A stretch of 64,000 nt of DNA, taken from the NCBI GenBank assembly GCA_963664195.1, contig OY760907.1, positions 1,408,001 to 1,472,000 on the forward strand, read 5' to 3'. The notes beneath the pieces were generated by a model, which did no database searches, was not told the DNA's origin, and saw nothing but the letters and a program-made list of their open reading frames with translations. Shown one piece after another: positions 1-10,000 of the stretch (positions are counted from its first letter, which is position 1; each line of letters starts with the position of its first letter). A program made the translations under genes and the position numbers. Origin of the DNA: an uncultured candidate division Zixibacteria bacterium (GTDB taxonomy: Bacteria > Zixibacteria > MSB-5A5 > GN15 > FEB-12).

Positions 1-1233
1 GAGTGCGGATGGGAATACTTCACCTTCCGTCAGGGCCCGTTTGGCAATTGTGGCAACGGCTGCCCGTCCGGTATGGTTCGCATCATTGGTGTTGCCGAGG
101 AGAACGATGGTCCGCACCATCCGACTTGCGACGTGAACACTCTGCCGGTTACCCTGGCCACCATGCGTTTCTTGGTCTCCGATGACCGTAACCTGGAGTG
201 CCAGTACGTGCCGATCCGTTTCTACTGGATCGACTGCGGTGACAACACGATTTCGAACATCAGTGGTACCGAGCTGTACATCTCAGCCAAGGTCTATGAT
301 TTCGATCTCGATTTCAATCCGAACCCGATCGACAACGGTACGGTTGGCTTCCCGACATTCCAGGGTGCGCAGGACTTCTGTCTTGAGAACCCGATGCCTG
401 ACAAGCCGACCCCGATCCGTAACATCGACTTCATCAACGGTGGTGTTGACATCATCTGTGCTGAGGACATCGATGCCCGCGGTGACTTGAACCTCAACAA
501 TCTCGCCTACGAAATTGCTGACGCTGTCATGTTCACCAACTACTTCATCGAAGGCCTGAGCGCCTTTGAGTATGTTGAAGGTGCCATTGCTGCCTCCGAC
601 GTCAACGCTGACGGTATTCCGCTTACGGTCTCTGACCTGGTTTACTTGCTTCGTGTAGTCGTTGGTGACGCTATTGCGTATCCGAAACTGAACCCGATGG
701 CTGCCACCTACTCCCACGAGAGTGGTGTAGTGGCCGTTGACGCCGATATGTTCGCCGCCCACATCGTCCTCAGTGGCGATGCCAACGTGAGCCTTTTGGC
801 TGACAACATGGAAATGAAGACTGGTATGGTTGATGGCAACCTGAACGTCATCGTTTACTCGATGAACGCGAACCAGACCTTCGCCGGTAGCTTCCTGCAG
901 ACCGACGCCCAGATCATCAGCGTAGATTTCGCTACGTACGATGGTCAGCCGGTAGTCGCGAAGAACGTTCCGAAGACGTTTGCCGTCATGCAGAACTACC
1001 CGAACCCGTTCAACCCGACCACTGACATCCAGTTCGCCCTGCCGATGGCTTCCACCTACTCGATCAGCATCTACAACGTTGCTGGTCAGCTGGTTGAGAC
1101 CATTTCCGGCCAGGCCGACGCCGGTGTTGTGACCGCGACGTGGGATGCCTCCGATCTCGCTTCGGGTGTCTACTTCTACAAGGTAGCCGCTGGTGAATTC
1201 TCCAAGACTATGAAGGCCGTCCTCCTTAAGTAG
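1..1233 (+). CDS. Secreted cohesin/dockerin protein with C-terminal T9SS-type/FlgD-Ig sorting domain (5'-partial)
   Basis: Frame is open from base 1 (ECGWEYFTFRQGPFGNCGNGCPSGMVRIIG...). It has duplicated dockerin-like loops GDLNLNNLAYEIADAVMF and SDVNADGIPLTVSDLVYL, and ends with QNYPNPFNPTT...SGVYFYK...KAVLLK. Confidence 0.85.
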   Translation, partial: ECGWEYFTFRQGPFGNCGNGCPSGMVRIIGVAEENDGPHHPTCDVNTLPVTLATMRFLVSDDRNLECQYVPIRFYWIDCGDNTISNISGTELYISAKVYDFDLDFNPNPIDNGTVGFPTFQGAQDFCLENPMPDKPTPIRNIDFINGGVDIICAEDIDARGDLNLNNLAYEIADAVMFTNYFIEGLSAFEYVEGAIAASDVNADGIPLTVSDLVYLLRVVVGDAIAYPKLNPMAATYSHESGVVAVDADMFAAHIVLSGDANVSLLADNMEMKTGMVDGNLNVIVYSMNANQTFAGSFLQTDAQIISVDFATYDGQPVVAKNVPKTFAVMQNYPNPFNPTTDIQFALPMASTYSISIYNVAGQLVETISGQADAGVVTATWDASDLASGVYFYKVAAGEFSKTMKAVLLK

Positions 1234-1256
1234 GATAGTCCAGCATATCTTTGGTA

Positions 1257-1285
1257 CCCCCGGAAAGGCTCGTCCTTTCCGGGGG
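1257..1285 (+). terminator. GC-rich hairpin after CDS (terminator or mRNA-stabilising stem; no U-tract)
   Basis: CCCCCGGAAAGG-ctcgt-CCTTTCCGGGGG, a 12-bp perfect stem starting 24 nt after the stop codon. Confidence 0.55.
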
Positions 1286-1731
1286 ACTTATTACTCCGAG
1301 GAAGAAGGGAAGAAGTCGTTTGAAAGATTAGATAACGCAAAGCGAATAAGACATAGCGTCGATAGGAGTAAACGATGACCATTTTATGCGCAATTCGAGT
1401 AGAAAGTGCGTGACAGCAGGGTCATCTTTTTTTATATTGTATGTTAAGCTTAATTACTTTGTACCAGCCAGTTGTGCAAACCCTTGCGACAGTACGCAAT
1501 TTTGGCAACAGTGGTTTTCTTGAATCGGGTCACCTCACCATGACACCCGCCGCCAGATACAAGGAGTGTTCGATAGCCTGAACGGTATTGATGGAAGCAG
1601 CAGGCAAGTAAGAACGGTAAGTCCTTAGTGTATCTGTCTTTAAACGGACTTTAACAGAAGACACTGAGCAGCTCAGGGAGTTGGTAGATTTTCGCACAGG
1701 AATGCGAAGAATCTTCCAAATCGACATGGTT

Positions 1732-1748
1732 CCGGTCTGGTTATTGCT
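1732..1748 (+). promoter_or_regulatory. Possible sigma-54 (-24/-12) promoter
   Basis: CCGGTCTGGTTATTGCT has GG-N10-GC spacing with TTGCT, about 45 nt upstream of ATG 1791. The -24 half is a weak match. Confidence 0.3.
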
Positions 1749-1790
1749 CAGACCGGGGTGGTGAATGATTTGTTTTGGAAATTGCGTATT

Positions 1791-4238
1791 ATGAAGAACA
1801 GAATCGCATCTTTGATTAGCATCTTGGTTATTCTCGTCGCGGCAGGCGTTGCCTCGGCGCAGTCGGACTCGTTTGGAGCGATGGATGTCGTGTATATCGA
1901 CTCCGTGGTTGCCGGTCCGGGTGAAGATGTATCGGTCAAGTTCAACGTCAAGAACGACGAAGTGCTTAGTTCATTGTCCATACCCGTAGTGTACGACCCG
2001 GAATTGCTCGATTTGAAGACAGTCAGTTTTACAGACTCACGCGCTGAATACCTCGGTACGAAGATCACTACGCCTGACGACGTGGCGCAGGCCGACGGCC
2101 ATTTCATGGTTGCTATGGTTCAGATCATGGAAGACCCGATTCCGGCTGGCGACGGCATGGTATTCACGGCTGTATTCACGGTTTCCGACTCCGCCGAGCT
2201 TGGGCAGATGGCCGTGATCGACAGTTTGTTCTTCCCGCCGGGTGGCGAATTGCTTCTGGTGGGACCGACGGTCGTCGGGCAGACGTCTTCGACGATCCGT
2301 CCGGAGTTTGTGGCCGGAAAAGTGATAGTCGGAAGCACCAATCAGGCACCAGTTTTTGCGCCTTTGGCCGATCAATATATTATGGAAGGTGATACTCTCG
2401 AGTTGGACATCACAGTCAACGATCCTAACCGAGATGATATAACACTGGCGATGGCTGCCAAACCCTCCGGAGCCACTTTTGTGGACAACGGCGACGGCTC
2501 CGCCCGTTTGACCTGGGTACCGGACTTTGTTGGTCCGCATTCAGCCGATGGTTCCCCGTTTGCGATGGGCTTCTGGGCCTCCGACGGCGATCTTTCGGCT
2601 GAGCGTGGATTGACTGTTCACGTGGTGAACAGCAATCGTGCGCCGCAGATCTCTGCTCCGACGACGGTGAGTATACCGGCAGGAACGGTGATGTCGTTTA
2701 CGGTGAGTGCTCTCGACCCTGATTTTGAGGAAGTGACCTGGAGCGTGAGCGGTTTGCCGGACGGTGCCGTGTTTGATTATGGCAACCCGGGCATGTTTGA
2801 GTACAACCCCTCGATTGTCGATACCGGTTCCTTTGCGATGGCTTTCATTGCGTCGGATCCCAAGGGTATGGCTGACACGGTCCGGGTTGACGCGCTGGTC
2901 TCGTCTGTGGCTCTCTACACGCTGAGCTTGGATTCGGTCGAGGCTGCCCCGGGCGAAGAGATCGAGTTCCGGTTGAATTTGAACAACGAACTGCCGGTAA
3001 CTTCGTTCAACTTGCTGTTCAACTATGACGTCAGTGCCCTGACGCTGTTATCGGTGACGAACGAGGGGACACGGATAGAGGGATTCGATTATTTCAACTC
3101 GACTGCGAACGAGAACGGGATCTACGGCAATGTACGCATTCTCGCCGTGGCAGATATCGGTGGCGGTGCCGAACCGCTCAGCGCGGGCGAGGGTGCGGTT
3201 GCAGTTTGCCGGATGAGGGTTTCAAGTGATCTCGCGTTCTCAGGGATGCAGATTCCGGTGCGGTTCCAGTTTCTCGACGGCCCGACAAATGAAGATAACA
3301 CGATGACCGACAGCCTGGGCGCCTTGATCAAGCAGGAGGACATCTTCCACGCTGATGGTTATGTAACGATTGAAGATATTGGACAGATACGGATTGGCGA
3401 CATCAACCTCAACGGTTTGGCCGCAGAGATTGGCGATGTGATCTATTTCACGAATCACTTCATCAATCCCGTGCTCTACGACTTCAGCGTGCTGCAATAT
3501 GCCAATTCGGATGTCAACCATGACGGTATCGGCGCGAGCGTGGCGGACCTCGTTGCGCTGATCAATTTGGTGGTCAACGGCGTGTCGGCTTCAAAAGTGG
3601 AAGACGGTTCTGGCCTGACTGCCACCTTCATCAGCGAGTCGGCCACGCACGGTGTGACTTTCGGATTTGAATCTGACGCTGACATGGGTGCAGCGCTGGT
3701 CACGCTCACGACTGATACATACGTTGACGCGGACCAGGTGCATTGCCAGCAGGATCAAATGACCTGCGATTTCCGCCGCGACGGAAATGAAATCAGGTTG
3801 CTCGTCTACAGCCTTGCGGGCGAGACCATGCTGGCCGGACAAACAGAATTGGTGACAATTGACGGACTGCATGAGTACGTCATTGAGTCGATTGAGTTCG
3901 GCAGCGCAGATGGAGTTATGGTTCAAACTGAGATAGCGAAGAACGGAACGGAGCTACCGACGGACTTTGCGCTGGAGCAGAATTATCCGAATCCGTTCAA
4001 CCCTGAGACGCAAATAGAATTCTCCCTGCCGACACCATCGCAGGTTGAACTCACCATATACAACGTACTGGGTCAGCAGGTGAAAGTGCTAGCCGCCGGG
4101 GAAATTCCGGCCGGAATGCACAGCCTGACCTGGAACGGGACCGATGACAGCAACCGCGCGGTTGCGTCCGGTATTTACCTGTACCGTCTTCAGGCCGGCA
4201 CGAACGTGTTCAGCCGCAAGATGATGTTGTTGAAATAG
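1791..4238 (+). CDS. Secreted protein: cohesin, two cadherin/Ig-like repeats, cohesin, dockerin, T9SS-type/FlgD-Ig C-terminal domain
   Basis: Signal peptide MKNRIASLISILVILVAAGVASAQ. Cohesin-like starts VVAGPGEDVSVKF and VEAAPGEEIEFRL, dockerin GDINLNG.../SDVNHDG..., C-terminus NYPNPFNPET...KMMLLK. Confidence 0.85.
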   Translation: MKNRIASLISILVILVAAGVASAQSDSFGAMDVVYIDSVVAGPGEDVSVKFNVKNDEVLSSLSIPVVYDPELLDLKTVSFTDSRAEYLGTKITTPDDVAQADGHFMVAMVQIMEDPIPAGDGMVFTAVFTVSDSAELGQMAVIDSLFFPPGGELLLVGPTVVGQTSSTIRPEFVAGKVIVGSTNQAPVFAPLADQYIMEGDTLELDITVNDPNRDDITLAMAAKPSGATFVDNGDGSARLTWVPDFVGPHSADGSPFAMGFWASDGDLSAERGLTVHVVNSNRAPQISAPTTVSIPAGTVMSFTVSALDPDFEEVTWSVSGLPDGAVFDYGNPGMFEYNPSIVDTGSFAMAFIASDPKGMADTVRVDALVSSVALYTLSLDSVEAAPGEEIEFRLNLNNELPVTSFNLLFNYDVSALTLLSVTNEGTRIEGFDYFNSTANENGIYGNVRILAVADIGGGAEPLSAGEGAVAVCRMRVSSDLAFSGMQIPVRFQFLDGPTNEDNTMTDSLGALIKQEDIFHADGYVTIEDIGQIRIGDINLNGLAAEIGDVIYFTNHFINPVLYDFSVLQYANSDVNHDGIGASVADLVALINLVVNGVSASKVEDGSGLTATFISESATHGVTFGFESDADMGAALVTLTTDTYVDADQVHCQQDQMTCDFRRDGNEIRLLVYSLAGETMLAGQTELVTIDGLHEYVIESIEFGSADGVMVQTEIAKNGTELPTDFALEQNYPNPFNPETQIEFSLPTPSQVELTIYNVLGQQVKVLAAGEIPAGMHSLTWNGTDDSNRAVASGIYLYRLQAGTNVFSRKMMLLK

Positions 4239-4291
4239 AGGGGACGGGCATGAAGTCAGAAAAAAAACTAACTCAACATATAGAGGTCGCG

Positions 4292-7003
4292 ATGCGGTTC
4301 GCAATTTCCACCTTTATTGCAGTAATTCTCACTCTCACCTTAGCCATTCCGGGAATGGCGCAGCACATCGGTTGTGATGATCTCGTTAAGTCAGCCGCTG
4401 ATTCGTTGCGCCTGCCATATCTGATTGAAGGCGTACCCGGAGATACGCTGCTACTTCCGGTGACGGTGAAAAACGACTCGCTGATCAATGCGTTTCGAAT
4501 ACTGATTCAGTACGATTCTACTTGGCTGACTCCGATTACCGTAATGGACTCCGTCTGTGCCGCGTACGATGAAGAAGGTACGGGGGCGTGCACGACATGG
4601 ACGAGGGATTCCAGTTATATTGATTTTGCGATTGCAGATCGTTGGCTGAAAGAAGAAGTCATCAGTTATGTGCCGTACCAGACAGACACAGTTACCAGCC
4701 TGATTGTCCACAAGAACCGTCAGTACCCTGGCATTATCGAGGCTGACCTGTTTCCCAATTTCGAGTTGGATTCTGATACGATATTCGCAGGCAGCGCCCC
4801 GATATTCTATATCAAGTTTGTGATCGATCCGGACATGCCGGAGATGCAAACCTCGGAGTTTACTTTCTTCGAGAGTGATAATTTCATTGTCGATACAACT
4901 ATATTCCCGCCGGACACAACCTGGTTTGACGGCTGTAGTCAATCGGAAGTTGGCGTTCTTTACCGTGACGCAGAGGATCCCGATGTAATTAACGCGCCGA
5001 CGATCTATCCTACGACCCACAGCCAATATCCCTACTTCTTCCGGGCGAATTCAAACGTGACCGATGATCCGGAGGTGACGTCGTTTGCGGCCTCACCTGC
5101 ACAGATTACGCCCACGCAATCTTCGACTCTGAGTTGGACGTCGGAGAGTGCAGATTCAGTTGTGATTACGCTTTCCGGTAATCGCGTCACCGGTACTGCC
5201 AACGGGCAGACGGCCGGGTCTATAACGGTCTCGGGATTGTCCGTGGGTACATACTCGTATACCGCGACGGCTTATGCCGACGACGGTCTGAAGACGCACT
5301 CGCGAGGTACCAGCGTAGTTGTCTCTGACGAGGTTGTGACCGAAGGACCCGATGTCACGATTTCGACTATCCAGTCTTCTTATAATCAGGGGGAATTGAT
5401 CACGTTCACGGTAACCGCAACCAACACGAACGGATCACAGATCACTATTAATGCCAATTCGCTTCCGGCCAACGCAGGGTTTGGTGTCGGCGGGCAGGTA
5501 ACCGGAATGACGCCGCTGATCGGCAATTTCAGTTGGACGCCGGATTTCACTCAGGCGGGCGGGTTCACGATTCCCTTCGTGGCAACGGATAATGACGGAA
5601 CAACGACCGAGTATGCCAATATCGTGGTCGAGGAACTCGATCGTGACCGGCTGTTCTCAACCTCCGCCCGAGGCAGCCAACCGGTGGGTGGTCTTCCGGG
5701 GGCCGATGCTGTTGCATTCCCAATCGATCTGATCACCGCCAGCACCGTATACGGTGTGCAGTTTGACATGCTGTATCCGTCGGCACAAATTCGTGTCGAC
5801 TCGTTTGTGACTACGGCGCGAATTCCCGAGTACGTGGTTTACGAGAATATCGGCCAGACGCCGGGCGAGATTCGTGTCGTGACTTTCGGCTTAAATAACG
5901 AGCCGGTTATGGACACCAATACAACCGCGATTCTGAACGCTATGCTGACAATCGACGACGACGCTCAACCGTGGCAGGATTACAAGATTTATCTCGAAAA
6001 CGGTCGCGAGTCGATCAACCCGGATCCTAATGTGGGATCGCTCGAATTGGTGACCGACTCAGGCATTGTCGAAGTTGACAGTCTTGGCGACGTCAACCTT
6101 GATCGGTATATCGACGTGGCTGACGTGGTTAACATTGTTGCCACGATTATCGGCAGCTTCACCCTGACTGACCGACAGTTTGACGTTGCAGATATCATTG
6201 AAAACGGCGAGGTCAACGTCTTTGACCTTGTGGCAGATATCAACATGATTTACGAAATCCAGCCATCACCTTCGCCGGCTCCTCCGGCACCGGGCGTGGA
6301 GGCGATTATCGCTCTGGCCTACGATGATGTTTCGCAGGGCGGCTCTGATTTCCTGACGGTTTCTTCCGAGATTCCGCATCCGGTTGCCGGTGTGCAGCTC
6401 GAGCTAAACTACGATCCCGCAGCGATTTCACTCGGCGTGCCGAGACTGACTAACGACGATCAGGACTTTGTTCTCCGCTCCAACGACAACGGTGTCGGAA
6501 GCATGAAGATCCTGCTGTACAATATGTCGCCGATGAAGGACGACGAATTGATCCAGGCCGGCACTGCCGATCTCGTTGAGATTCCGATTATCGCCCTCAC
6601 GGATATTGCTGCCGGCGACAAGACGAAACTTCGGTTAACCGAAGCGCTGCTTTCCACCTCGGAAGCCGCCTCGATTTCGGTGCAGGGCATCGACAAGCCT
6701 TTGCCGTCGAGTTTCGTCCTCGAGCAGAACTATCCGAATCCGTTCAACCCGACCACCACAATCGAGTATTCGGTTGGTATATCCGGTTCCGGAAACGGCT
6801 CGCAACATGTCCGTTTGGATGTGTTCAACATTCTCGGTCAGCATGTGGATAAGCTGATTGATGCCGCTCAGGCACCCGGACAATACAGCGTGGAATGGAA
6901 CGCAACCGACCGCAATGGAAAGCGTGTCGCGACAGGGATTTATCTCTACCGGCTGTCAGTGGACGATGAAAAGAGCACCAAAAAGATGTTGTTCCTGAAG
7001 TAG
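4292..7003 (+). CDS. Secreted multi-cohesin, Ig-like, dockerin protein with T9SS-type/FlgD-Ig C-terminal domain
   Basis: GAGG RBS before ATG 4292 (alternative start 4250) and a signal peptide. Three cohesin-like segments (PGDTLLLPVTV, PGADAVAFPIDL...GVQFDMLY, AGVQLELNYDPAAI), dockerin GDVNLDRYIDVADVV/ADIIENGEVNVFDLV, C-terminus NYPNPFNP...KMLFLK. Confidence 0.85.
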   Translation: MRFAISTFIAVILTLTLAIPGMAQHIGCDDLVKSAADSLRLPYLIEGVPGDTLLLPVTVKNDSLINAFRILIQYDSTWLTPITVMDSVCAAYDEEGTGACTTWTRDSSYIDFAIADRWLKEEVISYVPYQTDTVTSLIVHKNRQYPGIIEADLFPNFELDSDTIFAGSAPIFYIKFVIDPDMPEMQTSEFTFFESDNFIVDTTIFPPDTTWFDGCSQSEVGVLYRDAEDPDVINAPTIYPTTHSQYPYFFRANSNVTDDPEVTSFAASPAQITPTQSSTLSWTSESADSVVITLSGNRVTGTANGQTAGSITVSGLSVGTYSYTATAYADDGLKTHSRGTSVVVSDEVVTEGPDVTISTIQSSYNQGELITFTVTATNTNGSQITINANSLPANAGFGVGGQVTGMTPLIGNFSWTPDFTQAGGFTIPFVATDNDGTTTEYANIVVEELDRDRLFSTSARGSQPVGGLPGADAVAFPIDLITASTVYGVQFDMLYPSAQIRVDSFVTTARIPEYVVYENIGQTPGEIRVVTFGLNNEPVMDTNTTAILNAMLTIDDDAQPWQDYKIYLENGRESINPDPNVGSLELVTDSGIVEVDSLGDVNLDRYIDVADVVNIVATIIGSFTLTDRQFDVADIIENGEVNVFDLVADINMIYEIQPSPSPAPPAPGVEAIIALAYDDVSQGGSDFLTVSSEIPHPVAGVQLELNYDPAAISLGVPRLTNDDQDFVLRSNDNGVGSMKILLYNMSPMKDDELIQAGTADLVEIPIIALTDIAAGDKTKLRLTEALLSTSEAASISVQGIDKPLPSSFVLEQNYPNPFNPTTTIEYSVGISGSGNGSQHVRLDVFNILGQHVDKLIDAAQAPGQYSVEWNATDRNGKRVATGIYLYRLSVDDEKSTKKMLFLK

Positions 7004-7016
7004 CTGGGGGGAAGAA

Positions 7017-10000
7017 GTGACAAGAGTATCAATGAAGTATTTATTCCTTGGCGTCGCGCTGGCTCTTCTCCTTGCAGGGGTTGCAAGTGCCCAGACAGCA
7101 CCACCGGTATTGGGTTCCATCGGCGCCCAGTCTGTAAATGAAAACGAGTTGCTTACTGTCAACGTTTCGGCGACCGATGTCGACGGCACAATCGCCGCGT
7201 TGACGACCTCGACTCTTCCGACCGGCGCCGTATTCAACGATGCCGGCGACAACTCCGGCACGCTCACCTGGACGCCCGACTTCTCGCAGGCGGGGACGTT
7301 CAACGTGACGTTTTATGCTGCGGACACGGTGACGACCGATGTCGACTCTGAAGTAGTTGCAATCACCGTGACCAATGTCAATCAGGAACCGGTGCTCGCC
7401 GTGATAGGCGCTCAGAGTGTCAACGAGAATGAACTGCTCACGATCAACGTCTCAGCTTCAGATGCTGATGGCACGACGCCGAGCTTTTCGACTTCTACAC
7501 TTCCGACCGGTGCAGGCTTTGTAGATAATTCGGACGGTACCGGTGCTCTGACCTGGACGCCTGACTTCATTCAGGCTGGCGGTTACAGTGTCACGTTCTA
7601 TACAACCGATGGCACAGCGACAGACTCTGAAGTCGTCGCGATCACCGTGACGAACGTCAATCAGGAACCGGTGCTCGCCGTGATAGGCGCTCAGAGTGTC
7701 AACGAGAACGAACTGCTGACGATCAACGTCTCAGCTTCAGATGCTGATGGCACGACGCCGAGCTTTTCGACCTCTACACTTCCGACCGGTGCAGGCTTTG
7801 TAGATAATTCGGACGGTACCGGCGCTCTGACCTGGACGCCTGACTTCACTCAGGCTGGCGGTTACAGTGTCACGTTCTATACAACCGATGGCACAGCGAC
7901 AGACTCTGAAGTCGTCGCGATCACCGTGACCAATGTCAATCAGGAGCCAGTGCTCGCCGTGATAGGCGCTCAGAGTGTCAACGAGAACGAACTGCTGACG
8001 ATCAACGTCTCGGCTTCAGATGCTGATGGCACGACGCCGAGCTTTTCGACCTCTACGCTTCCGACCGGTGCAGGCTTTGTAGATAATTCGGACGGTACCG
8101 GCGCTCTGACCTGGACGCCTGACTTCACTCAGGCTGGCGGTTACAGTGTCACGTTCTATACAACCGATGGCACAGCGACAGATTCTGAAGTCGTTGCAAT
8201 CACCGTGACCAATGTCAATCAGGAACCAGTGCTCGCCGTGATAGGTGCGCAGAGTGTCAACGAGAATGAACTGCTCACTATAAATGTAAGTGCTTCAGAT
8301 GCTGATGGCACGACGCCGAGCTTTTCGACCTCTACACTTCCGACCGGTGCAGGCTTTGTAGATAATTCGGACGGTACCGGCGCTCTGACCTGGACGCCTG
8401 ACTTCACTCAGGCTGGCGGTTACAGTGTCACGTTCTATACAACCGATGGCACAGCGACAGACTCTGAAGTAGTTGCAATCACCGTGACCAACGTCAATCA
8501 GGAACCGGTGCTCGCCGTGATAGGTGCGCAGAGTGTCAACGAGAATGAACTGCTCACTATAAATGTAAGTGCTTCAGATGCTGATGGCACGACGCCGAGC
8601 TTTTCGACCTCTACACTTCCGACCGGTGCAGGCTTTGTAGATAATTCGGACGGTACCGGCGCTCTGACCTGGACGCCGGACTTCACGCAAGCTGGCGGTT
8701 ACAGTGTCACGTTCTATACAACCGATGGCACAGCGACAGACTCTGAAGTCGTCGCGATCACCGTTACCAACGTCAATCAGGAACCAGTGCTCGCCGTGAT
8801 AGGCGCTCAGAGTGTCAACGAGAATGAACTGCTCACTATAAATGTAAGTGCTTCAGATGCTGATGGCACGACGCCGAGCTTTTCGACCTCTACACTTCCG
8901 ACCGGTGCAGGCTTTGTAGATAATTCGGACGGTACCGGTGCTCTGACCTGGACACCGGACTTCACGCAAGCTGGCGGTTACAGTGTCACGTTCTATACAA
9001 CCGATGGCACAGCGACAGACTCTGAAGTCGTTGCAATCACCGTGACCAATGTCAATCAGGAACCAGTGCTCGCCGTGATAGGTGTGCAGTCCGTTACGGA
9101 GGGCGACGCCCTCAATCTTGTCATCGCTGCATCCGATGCCGATGGCAACATTCCTACGATTACCAGTTCGGCTCTGCCGACCAACGCCACCTTCTTGGAT
9201 AACGGTGACGGTACCGCCGACTTTGATTTCAACCCGACCTTCTTGCAGTCGGGCGGTTACAGCGTCACCTTCTATACGACAGACGGAGTTGCGACAGACT
9301 CTGAAGTTGTTGCGATCACGGTTGTCGAAGCCGGTAACCAGGATCCCGTTCTTGCTTCGATAGGCGCCCAGGGTGTAAACGAGGGCAACACGCTTGCGTT
9401 CACCGTTTCCGCTACGGACATCGAAGGCGCGCTGCCGTCGCTGAGTACCTCGGTGCTTCCGACCAATGCGTCGTTTGTTGATAACGGCGACGGAACCGGT
9501 GACTTCAGTTTCACGCCCGCCTTCCAGCAGTCGGGAGCTTATCAGGTGACGTTCACCGCGACCGATGATTCCTCGGCGAGCACGTCGGAAATCGTGACGA
9601 TTACGGTGAACGACGCCGGCAATCAGGCGCCAGTGCTTGGTGCAATCGGTGCCCGTACGGTCGCCGAAGGTGCCGCGCTGAACTTTGGCGTGGCCGCAAC
9701 CGACCCTGACGGTACAACTCCGACTCTTTCGACCTCGGCTCTGCCGACCAATGCGACGTTTGTCGACAACGGCAACGGATTCGGCAGCTTCTCTTTCACA
9801 CCGGACTATACGCAGGAAGGCGCGCATAACGTCACCTTCTATGCAACCGATGGCTCCGCGAGCGACTCTGAAGTAGTCGTCATCACGGTCACGGACGCCG
9901 GCAATCAGCCGCCGGTTTTGGCTGAGATCGGCCCGCAGGTGGTTACTGAAGGTGGCAATCTGAATCTCGTCATCACGGCAACCGACGCCGATGCAACGAC

